Shown piece by piece: positions 49,021 through 57,190 of a stretch of 63,785 nucleotides of DNA. Source of the stretch: Ignavibacteriota bacterium. Its GTDB lineage: Bacteria > Bacteroidota > Ignavibacteria > Kapaibacteriales > UBA961. The notes beneath the pieces were generated by a model. The model ran no database searches. It was not told the DNA's origin and worked only from the letters and a program-made list of their open reading frames with translations. The stretch spans positions 1 through 63,785 of the forward strand of contig JACPWH010000199.1 of the NCBI GenBank assembly GCA_016197185.1, read 5' to 3'. The stretch's first letter is position 1. Each line of letters begins with the position of its first letter. The position numbers and the translations under genes were made by a program.

Positions 49021-49052
49021 TTTGGCTATTTTACATAAAAAACTTATATTTG
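49021..49052 (+). promoter_or_regulatory. Candidate FCB-type promoter: TTTG (-33) N20 TATATTTG (-7) for rplU-rpmA
   Basis: TTTG at 49021..49024 and TATATTTG at 49045..49052, 44 nt upstream of the rplU ATG. Confidence 0.4.
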
Positions 49053-49095
49053 TGGCTCAATGTTTTGAACTCATCTCATTTTTTGGATAAATATC

Positions 49096-49404
49096 ATGTT
49101 TGCAGTAGTAGAAATCTCAAAAGAACAATATAATGTGCGTCCTGAGCAAGTGCTTACCGTAGCTAAACTTGACGGCGAAATCGGCACTAAAGTTGAATTC
49201 ACAAATATCTTGGCAGGCGGTAATGAAAGCAGCCCCTCAATCGGTGCTCCTTATATTAAAGGTACTGTTAGTGCTACTATCGTAGGACATGGCAAAGGTG
49301 ATAAAGTATTGGTTTTCCACAAAAAACGCCGTAAAGGATACCAAAAGATGAATGGTCATCGCCAAAAATACACCCAAATTCAAATCAATGCTATTCAGCT
49401 CTAA
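49096..49404 (+). CDS. rplU: 50S ribosomal protein L21
   Basis: MFAVVEISKEQYNV...VLVFHKKRRKGYQKMNGHRQKYTQIQI. Confidence 0.95.
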   Translation: MFAVVEISKEQYNVRPEQVLTVAKLDGEIGTKVEFTNILAGGNESSPSIGAPYIKGTVSATIVGHGKGDKVLVFHKKRRKGYQKMNGHRQKYTQIQINAIQL

Positions 49405-49484
49405 GTAGAATTCCTCTTAGAATTTCGAATAGTGTGACTAAAACTGATTAAAAATTTACATAATCAAATTATCGGAGATTTATC

Positions 49485-49742
49485 ATGGCACATAAAAAAG
49501 GTGGCGGGTCCACCAGAAACGGTCGCGATTCTAATGCCCAGCGTCTCGGTGTTAAGAAGTTCGGCGGCGAAGTTGTAAAAGCTGGGAATATTATTATTCG
49601 TCAAAATGGAACCCATTTCCACATTGGAAATGGAACAGGTTTAGGCAAAGATTATACAATTTTTGCACTTGTTGACGGATCTGTCAAATTTGAGCGCAAA
49701 GATAAATACCGCACTAAAGTTTCGGTATATCCTGTAGTGTAA
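49485..49742 (+). CDS. rpmA: 50S ribosomal protein L27
   Basis: [43 protein letters not shown]. Confidence 0.95.
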   Translation: MAHKKGGGSTRNGRDSNAQRLGVKKFGGEVVKAGNIIIRQNGTHFHIGNGTGLGKDYTIFALVDGSVKFERKDKYRTKVSVYPVV

Positions 49743-49774
49743 TAATCATAGCAGAATAGAATACGTTATAAAAA

Positions 49775-49806
49775 GCCTTACCGAATATATTCGGTAAGGC
49801 TTTTTC
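49775..49806 (+). terminator. Rho-independent terminator after rpmA
   Basis: Stem gccttaccgaa / ttcggtaaggc spans 49775..49800 and is followed by TTTTT. Confidence 0.85.
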
Positions 49807-50036
49807 TATTTCAGACTTGTTTGCAATCTCTTGCTGATTCTTACAGGTAATTTCCTCTTTAAAACGTTGGAGAGTAGTACTTCTTCGATAACTCACCAAC
49901 TTTCAACATCATTTCCATTCAAAACTCGAACTACTAAACACTACTCTAAAGTAATTTCATCAAGTTTAACAAAATTAATTTTATTCTGCCTTACAACATC
50001 AACTTATTTCGTATCGAATAAACCAAGTCAAATACT

Positions 50037-50044
50037 TAAATTTG
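50037..50044 (+). promoter_or_regulatory. Candidate -7 promoter box for the BNR-repeat gene
   Basis: TAAATTTG lies 40 nt upstream of ATG 50084. Confidence 0.3.
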
Positions 50045-50083
50045 TGAATATTTAGTCTATTGTTTCCATTTAAAAATAATCGT

Positions 50084-53000
50084 ATGAAACTTCGTTATTC
50101 AATTTTAGGACTTGTATTTGCTGTTTGTATATGTTATGCTCTATTTCTACATTATTCTTCACAACCATTTTCATCATCTGACGGTTATGTAAATGAGGCT
50201 CAAGCTCGTTCTGAATGGGAATTGATGAGACTTAGAGACCCCGCAACAGGCAAAATTCCTGACGGTATTCGTTTCAATGAATTGAAATTTGCAAATACCC
50301 TTCCACGAAAATCAGACGATCCAAAATCTGCATCACTCCTTTCCTCTACATGGACACAGCGTGGACCATGGAATGTGGGAGGACGTACACGTGCTGTTGC
50401 AATAGATATCGACAATGAGAATATCATGCTCGCTGGTGGAATTTCCGGAGGTATTTGGCGATCTACAGACAAAGGTGAACATTGGACTTCTACATTCACT
50501 CCGGCTCAGATAAAATGCGTAACGACAATTACACAAGACACACGTATAGGAAAACGAAATATATGGTACTGTGGCACAGGAGAAATTTGGGGCAATTCAT
50601 CGCAGTTGAACGGAGACGGCTTATTAAAATCTACTGACGGAGGAATGTCTTGGCAATCCTTAAAAACTACTGCAACCAATTCCCCGCAAACATGGGACGG
50701 AGCATTTGAATTTGTATGGAAGGTAGCAACAAATCCAAAAAATACAGCACAAGATGAAGTATATGCAGCTACATCATTAGGTGCTATTTTCCGATCAGTG
50801 GACGGAGGAGCTACATGGAAACCTGTGCTTGGTAATTTGGGAAATAACTTCTCTTTATTCACAGATATTGCTATAACATCTACAGGAGTGTTGTACGCAG
50901 CAATGAGCAGTATGGGAGGTGGCAGGCAAATATCTTCTGTTAAAGGAATGTATAGATCTTTGGACGGCGTTACGTGGACTAATATAACTCCTAAAGATTT
51001 CCCTGATATATGCAACCGGATTTCCATTGGAATTGCGCCATCAGAAGAAAATCAGGTTTATTTTTTAGCAAATACTCCAAGTGCCGGATTAAAGGGTCTT
51101 GGATTCGAACAAAGAACTGACTGGAATTCTCTCTGGAAATACACTTACATTGCTCTGGATGGAACGGGTGTAGGTGGCAAATGGGAAAATCGTTCACAAA
51201 ATTTACCTGCATTCGGAGGTGAATTCGGAGATTTCTTCTCACAGGGTTCATACGATTTGTTCGTAAGGGTCAAACCGGATAATCCTAACGTTGTTTTTGT
51301 TGGGGGTACTAACTTATATCGTTCTACCGATGGATTTACCTCTACATCAACTACATCATGGATTGGGGGCTATAAACCCGGTACGACACGCCCTGATTAT
51401 GAATTATATGCGAACCAACATCCTGACCAGCATGAACTGATTTTTTCCTATTCCAATCCAAATGCTATGATTTCAGCAAATGATGGCGGAATATGGAAAT
51501 GTAACGACAATACACTTCCTGAACCTGTTTGGTCATCTCTTAACAATGGATATTTGACAACCCAGTTTTATACCATTGCTCTCGATCATTCCAAAGCGAC
51601 AAGTGATGTGATTATTGGTGGCTTACAGGATAACGGAACTTTTTTTGTAAATTCGACAGAGCCTACAGCTGAATGGGTACAACCGGGTCTTGGTGATGGC
51701 TCTTATTGTGCGATTGCATCGGGTGGTAACTATTACATGTCGAGACAGCAAGGAAGAATCGGACGTTTTTTATTGGACAGTACAGGAAAAATTTTGCAGA
51801 AAGGACGTATTGATCCAACAGGAGGAAAGGGTTATTTATTTATTGCCCCGTTTTTATTAGATGCTAACAATGAGAAAGTTATGTATTTAGCTGCGGGGTC
51901 ATCGTTGTGGCGAAATAAAGACCTTACACAAATACCACTTGGTAAATGGGACTCAACCTCAGTTAATTGGGACGTACTGCCGAATACATTTCTTCCATCA
52001 GACAGCATCTCCTCTCTCGGAATTACAAAGACACCAGACTCACGAATGTATTATGGAACTATTCACGGCAAAGTATATCGTTTGGATAACGCTTCCGACC
52101 TTTCATCCGTTCCAAAAGATATTACAGGAACTTCATTCCCCAAAGGTGGATATGTAAGTTGTACAACAGTTGATGCAGCAGATGGTGATCATGTAATAAT
52201 TGCTTTTTCGAATTATAGCGTTGTAAGCTTATTTGAAACAACGGATGGTGGAACTACCTGGCAAGCAGTTTCAGGTAATTTGGAGCAGAATGCAAACGGA
52301 AGCGGAAGCGGGCCTTCGTGCCGTTGGGTGAAAATATTATCTGTAGGTGGAAAAAACATCTATTATGTAGGTACAAGCACAGGGTTGTACTCAACAGCCC
52401 TATTAAATGGAGAGAATACGATATGGGAACAAGAAGGATCTGAAACAATCGGAAATGTGGTAGTTGACATGATAGATACTCGAGATTCAGATGGGAAAGT
52501 AGTTGCTGCAACACACGGAAACGGAGTGTTTAGTTCTACGGTAACACAATCACCTCTTCCCCCTGCTGTTCCTACATTAGCTTCACCTTTGAACAATTCA
52601 ACAAATATTTTACAATCACAAACTTTAGCCTGGAATTCATCTGTTGGTGCTGTTGGTTATCAGGTGCAAGTATCTGAATCATCAGACTTTTCATCCATAT
52701 TTGCAGAGCAAAACGGACTTAAAACTACATATTACGATGTAAGCAATTTGATCCAAGGCATAAAATCCTATTATTGGCGTGTCCGTGCCTTTAGCTCAGG
52801 TGGTGCAAGTATTTTTTCAGAAGTATGGAAATTTACGACAGCCGTTGCTGCCCCTGCTTTATCCTCACCTGCATCAGGGACAATTGGATTGGGATTACCT
52901 GTAAAAGCACGTTGGAATAAGTCTGCGGGTGCAACAGCTTATCACTTGCAAGTTGCACAGAATTTAGGCTTTACGTCATTAATTCTCGATCGAAAGGATG

Positions 53001-53410
53001 TAACGGAAACCTCATTTGATATTACTGGGCTTGAATTGCAGAAAAAATACTATTGGCGTGTTAGCGCACTTAATGGAACACAAGAAGGATCATTTTCGAC
53101 AAAGTGGAATTTCTCTACAGGAGCTAATGGAGTAAATGAAGAAGTTAAGGATATTTTCAAGTTAAGGGTATATCCCAACCCATTAAATGCAACCGGTTCG
53201 GTACAATTTTCACTAGGTAAATCATCTTCAATTAAAATGGCAATTTATGATCAACAAGGAAAAGCTGTTAAAATTATACTCGACGATTTCCGCTCTGCAG
53301 GCAATTATACAGAACATTTGAGCAATGATAATTTGACCAATGGTCAGTATTATATTACACTTATTGCAGATGGGATACGCCAAACAATACCAGTTGAAGT
53401 ACGGAGGTAA
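50084..53410 (+). CDS. T9SS-secreted BNR/Asp-box repeat protein (sortilin/GH74-like propellers) with FN3-like modules
   Basis: Asp-box motifs: STDKGEHW, STDGGMSW, SVDGGATW, SLDGVTW, STDGFTS, TTDGGTTW. Three repeated ~90-aa modules carry YYWRV. The T9SS tail is VYPNPLNATGSVQFSL...GQYYITLIADG. ATG 50084 gives a signal-anchor N-terminus. Confidence 0.75.
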   Translation: MKLRYSILGLVFAVCICYALFLHYSSQPFSSSDGYVNEAQARSEWELMRLRDPATGKIPDGIRFNELKFANTLPRKSDDPKSASLLSSTWTQRGPWNVGGRTRAVAIDIDNENIMLAGGISGGIWRSTDKGEHWTSTFTPAQIKCVTTITQDTRIGKRNIWYCGTGEIWGNSSQLNGDGLLKSTDGGMSWQSLKTTATNSPQTWDGAFEFVWKVATNPKNTAQDEVYAATSLGAIFRSVDGGATWKPVLGNLGNNFSLFTDIAITSTGVLYAAMSSMGGGRQISSVKGMYRSLDGVTWTNITPKDFPDICNRISIGIAPSEENQVYFLANTPSAGLKGLGFEQRTDWNSLWKYTYIALDGTGVGGKWENRSQNLPAFGGEFGDFFSQGSYDLFVRVKPDNPNVVFVGGTNLYRSTDGFTSTSTTSWIGGYKPGTTRPDYELYANQHPDQHELIFSYSNPNAMISANDGGIWKCNDNTLPEPVWSSLNNGYLTTQFYTIALDHSKATSDVIIGGLQDNGTFFVNSTEPTAEWVQPGLGDGSYCAIASGGNYYMSRQQGRIGRFLLDSTGKILQKGRIDPTGGKGYLFIAPFLLDANNEKVMYLAAGSSLWRNKDLTQIPLGKWDSTSVNWDVLPNTFLPSDSISSLGITKTPDSRMYYGTIHGKVYRLDNASDLSSVPKDITGTSFPKGGYVSCTTVDAADGDHVIIAFSNYSVVSLFETTDGGTTWQAVSGNLEQNANGSGSGPSCRWVKILSVGGKNIYYVGTSTGLYSTALLNGENTIWEQEGSETIGNVVVDMIDTRDSDGKVVAATHGNGVFSSTVTQSPLPPAVPTLASPLNNSTNILQSQTLAWNSSVGAVGYQVQVSESSDFSSIFAEQNGLKTTYYDVSNLIQGIKSYYWRVRAFSSGGASIFSEVWKFTTAVAAPALSSPASGTIGLGLPVKARWNKSAGATAYHLQVAQNLGFTSLILDRKDVTETSFDITGLELQKKYYWRVSALNGTQEGSFSTKWNFSTGANGVNEEVKDIFKLRVYPNPLNATGSVQFSLGKSSSIKMAIYDQQGKAVKIILDDFRSAGNYTEHLSNDNLTNGQYYITLIADGIRQTIPVEVRR

Positions 53411-53441
53411 GTTCACAGCTAAAGTATTCGATAAATTACAA

Positions 53442-53483
53442 GAACCGGATGAGAGATTTACTTTCATTCGGTTCTTTGTTTTT
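53442..53483 (+). terminator. Rho-independent terminator after the BNR-repeat gene
   Basis: Stem gaaccggatgagag / ctttcattcggttc includes G-U pairs. It is followed by tttgttttt. Confidence 0.65.
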
Positions 53484-53504
53484 ACTTGTATAGAGCCATA
53501 GCAA

Positions 53505-53850
53505 AAGGATAAAAATAACTGACAACAATTTGTTAAGGTTTATTTCAAAAAAGGTATGTATCTGTATAACGACAGGTTGTAAATGACATCTTCTAATTTG
53601 TTGATAAAATAACCGTTTTGTTATGCTGAACTTGATTCAACGTCTCCTTTCATACATCGAAATTAGCACGACCAAAGAACAATGGAGAACCTGAACCCGA
53701 TTCAGGATGACAAGGGTGCATATTTTTTCAATGTCATCTTATTACTTTGTAAGAGGCTTTAGCGACTATCAGGAACTGAGTATGACCGGCAAGCTAGGTT
53801 ATGTTGAGCCTGTCGTTGTTCAATTACTTGTCAAATAAACGAGTTCTATT
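53505..53850 (-). repeat. ~346-bp intergenic repeat (copy D); inverted partner of 28170..28515
   Basis: Its reverse complement aligns over its full length with copy C. It lies between two convergent genes. No ORF of 60 codons or more. Confidence 0.85.
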
Positions 53851-54132
53851 GTCTCGATTTTTTTTGACAGTATTTAGTGTATCTCTACAATAATAACTAC
53901 TCAGTGCACTATTGTAAAAACAACTACAGTTTCCTATATACACTTAGAAGGAATGTATTGTAACAACAATCTGTTTGTGCGAAATCTAATAACACAGTAC
54001 ATAGTGGTAAACAACCGACACAACTTATCTTTCTTGTCTATGGTTATAAGGAAGATGTCTGCTGTAACAATAGATGAAGAGTTACCTGATTCTACATAAT
54101 TTATTATTATCCACGTACTTAACAGGTCTAAT

Positions 54133-54175
54133 CATAAAGAAAAGAGCCGGACGAAGATAATCTTCGTCCGGCTCT
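54133..54175 (-). terminator. Rho-independent terminator after the 864-aa surface protein gene
   Basis: A 14-bp stem agagccggacgaag / cttcgtccggctct spans 54143..54175. On the minus strand it is followed by tttctttat. Confidence 0.75.
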
Positions 54176-54216
54176 TTCGTTTGACTATGATGAGAAGGAA
54201 AACTTCTCTTCAACTA

Positions 54217-56811
54217 TTAACGGTTTATTACAAGTGGAAGTTGAACTGTTTCAACTGCTGAATGAGCTACAATACGATAGCTTCCGCTTGCTAAGTCAGC
54301 TGCATTGATAGTTGAAGTATAGCTGCCGGGAGCAAGTGAGAGGTTATCAACCAATGTTGCAACTCTTGCACCACGAACATCTACAACATACATTTCAATA
54401 ACTTGCGGAGATACCCCACCGATTCTATAGCTGATTGTAGAAGTTATAGTAGCAGGATTTGGTCCTGCAGTCATACCGATAATCGTTTTAGCATCATCAG
54501 CAGGAGTAAATACTGCAGAAGCAGCTTCTTTACCGGAACCTACAAGATCAACAAGAATATCGGTGTTTTCCGGGTCATTACATGTGATACTAAGTGTGCC
54601 CCCAATTGACTCGCCTATCATAGTAGGAGTATATATTACTGTAACAACAATGCTGTCACCGGGTGCAATAGTTATAGGTAGCGATACACTTTTAAGTTTG
54701 AAATCATTATTGATAACAGTCTTAATAGCAGTTATCATCAAATCTGCATCTCCTTCATTACGAATTGTAACTGTCATCTCTTTTGATTTCTTGAGTTCTA
54801 CTTCACCGAAATCAAGGTCATTAAGCCCGGCAATAACCGGAGCTTTTGGTTTCACAACAAGACCTTCAGCCAGCCAATTAATTGCTTTTTCTGTAATTTG
54901 TTGACTGATTGCATCATTGTTAAATGCACCCATATCAAATGTAAGGAAAACTACACGTGCCTTATTAGCAGCTTCGTAACGTACACCTACTATTTCAGAA
55001 GGTTTGGTACTAATTGTAAAAATTGGAACTGATGCACTGCCCGGACTCAATTTCATAAGATTAGTCCAGTATGTATAGTATCCGCCTCCCCCATTGCCCG
55101 ATCCCATAATATTAGCGCAGATTTCATTATCAACACCGGCAACTGTAAATGGAGTTTGAGTATATGTAGTAGTAGTACCTGATGTAGTTACCGTAAAACG
55201 TTGACCGGCATTGCCTAATTCAATTCCTAACATTTTATAGAACTCTGTTGCATCTTCATTTACACCACCAGGTTGCCCGTTCCACCACAAACCATTAGGT
55301 ACCGAAAGCAAAACGTGTTTGCCGGCTGCCATAATAGATTTAACATATTTCGCGAAGTTTGGATAGTCGGGGTTGATTGTAGGTTCTGCTGCTAAAGGTT
55401 GACCTGAAACAAAATCTGCAGTTCCACCTAAAATAAGTCCACCGGAAAAGCTAATCGCACAAACATTAAATTGATCAGCAAATGCTTGCAAAATTTCTTT
55501 ATCCTCAGCCCAAGTAAATACTTTTGTTTTGTCTCCTACACCCTTCATTGCTTTCATCGACTCAGTAAAAGGCTGTTTTACAAAGTAGTTATACCCTTCA
55601 ATAACACAATATTTAATGTCTTCGCTTAATGCATATACGGTAGCTTTTCCTTCTACAGGAATTGCATCTGTTACAACAGGTTTTGCAATAACAACAGCTT
55701 TTGCATAATCCAATTGATCATCAGTTGTGATTGTAACAGTTGCGTCCACCGTACCGCCGGCAGGAATAGTTGCATTTGTAGGTTCAACTGTTGCATTCCA
55801 TCCACCCGGAAGTGTACTGTTTGGAACATCAACTTCAATATTTACTTCAACATCTTTATCATTATCATTTTTGAATTGAACTTTTCTGGTTAATGTAGTG
55901 CTTAGTGGAGCATGAATATACGGGTCTGCAACTGATCCTGTAACAGCTACCAATGGTAGAACTGTTTCAAAAAGTCCAAGTTCATACGCATTAAGAACCT
56001 CTTTTTTATCGTTGCTGTTTGCATCATACATTTCTACAAGTCCGACAACACTAATTCTTTTGTCATTCCATCCTGCAGGCAATGTGAATGTATAGTTCTT
56101 TGTATAAACACCACCGCTTGCAACTGTTGAAGGAATAACTTTATCTGTTCCCCACATTGCTCCAAGCATTTTGCGCAATACATGGCGATGGTAGAAGTTT
56201 TTCATTGGGTTGCCTTTATTATACCAAGGGCTGCTGTTGTCTGTATTCAGATAATTAGCTTGGTCATAACCGGTACCCGATCCTTTAACACTATCTTCTA
56301 CAATATAAAGGTTAAACCGGATATCACCTGTTACGGATGAAACAAAACTTGCCTTTACATCTACACTAAGTGACCTATTTGCAGACGAATAAAGTAGATT
56401 TTCTACAACTACATCCACTTTTGCTTTTTGCGACAATTGCGTAGCAATAGGTCCGGGAATTGCTCCATCGCTCATGCCAATCTTCGCTCCTGAAATTCCT
56501 GCAAATCTTTTTCTATCTACAACCATATTTGGATAGCCATTGATGAAAGCTTGTGAAAACAATGATTCATCAGCAACAGACATCTGGTCAGCATTATGTA
56601 CCGCTACACCGATAACTTTACCCGGATACTTTTCAATCATCTCAACGAGTGTAGTCGCACCACGTGGACACCATCCGCACCATGCGCCTGTTCCCTCTTC
56701 TACCAATACTCTTTTAACAGGCGTTTGGGCATTCATTATGCCGTTGCCAATTAATGCAATCGCTGCGATAAGTGCAAAACACTTTAAAGCATAAATCGTA
56801 AACTTTTTCAT
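54217..56811 (-). CDS. T9SS-secreted surface protein with an N-terminal Omp28/thioredoxin-like domain
   Basis: Signal peptide. VLVEEGTGAWCGWCPRGA (CxxC in an Omp28-related context). An Ig-like module DLDFGEVELKKSKEMTVTIRNEGDADLMI resembles choice-of-anchor D/HYDIN. The C-terminal sorting tail is GPNPATITSTISY...GSYRIV. Confidence 0.65.
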   Translation of the reverse strand: MKKFTIYALKCFALIAAIALIGNGIMNAQTPVKRVLVEEGTGAWCGWCPRGATTLVEMIEKYPGKVIGVAVHNADQMSVADESLFSQAFINGYPNMVVDRKRFAGISGAKIGMSDGAIPGPIATQLSQKAKVDVVVENLLYSSANRSLSVDVKASFVSSVTGDIRFNLYIVEDSVKGSGTGYDQANYLNTDNSSPWYNKGNPMKNFYHRHVLRKMLGAMWGTDKVIPSTVASGGVYTKNYTFTLPAGWNDKRISVVGLVEMYDANSNDKKEVLNAYELGLFETVLPLVAVTGSVADPYIHAPLSTTLTRKVQFKNDNDKDVEVNIEVDVPNSTLPGGWNATVEPTNATIPAGGTVDATVTITTDDQLDYAKAVVIAKPVVTDAIPVEGKATVYALSEDIKYCVIEGYNYFVKQPFTESMKAMKGVGDKTKVFTWAEDKEILQAFADQFNVCAISFSGGLILGGTADFVSGQPLAAEPTINPDYPNFAKYVKSIMAAGKHVLLSVPNGLWWNGQPGGVNEDATEFYKMLGIELGNAGQRFTVTTSGTTTTYTQTPFTVAGVDNEICANIMGSGNGGGGYYTYWTNLMKLSPGSASVPIFTISTKPSEIVGVRYEAANKARVVFLTFDMGAFNNDAISQQITEKAINWLAEGLVVKPKAPVIAGLNDLDFGEVELKKSKEMTVTIRNEGDADLMITAIKTVINNDFKLKSVSLPITIAPGDSIVVTVIYTPTMIGESIGGTLSITCNDPENTDILVDLVGSGKEAASAVFTPADDAKTIIGMTAGPNPATITSTISYRIGGVSPQVIEMYVVDVRGARVATLVDNLSLAPGSYTSTINAADLASGSYRIVAHSAVETVQLPLVINR

Positions 56812-57190
56812 AGAAATGAACTCCTATAAAACTAAAATAAATTAAAATAAACTGAAAATAATCTGATATACAAATTTTGAGAACTAAGAAGTAAACAATT
56901 ACTTTTTGCGCCGCTCATTACCCTTATTTAGCATAAAACAAAGGGACTCTAAGTGGCTGTACTATTAAAGTACCACAATATTGCAAGGAAATTTTGAGAA
57001 AAGCAAACTTTTTTTTCAAATCTGCAACTTTTACTTTTTTAAACATTTAGCAAACAACCATAACGTACACGTGCGGATTAACACAATATGCTGATGAATG
57101 TTACTTAAAAAAATACTTTTTAACATTTTTAACATTTTAGATATGTAGTTGCTACCTGTTATAGAGTTATTTTAAGTGAGAAACCATACA

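Noticed and set aside
50506-51027. 173-aa minus-strand ORF inside the BNR-repeat gene (and other short antisense ORFs in large genes)
   Set aside because: It is antisense to a gene with repeated Asp-box motifs. There is no independent support.
28170-53850. The inverted 346-bp pair as the ends of a composite transposon or genomic island
   Set aside because: The interior is dominated by core genes (tig, clpP, clpX, rplU, rpmA, tRNA-Leu). There is no transposase or integrase. The repeats belong to a wider dispersed family. Inversion substrate is the more conservative reading.
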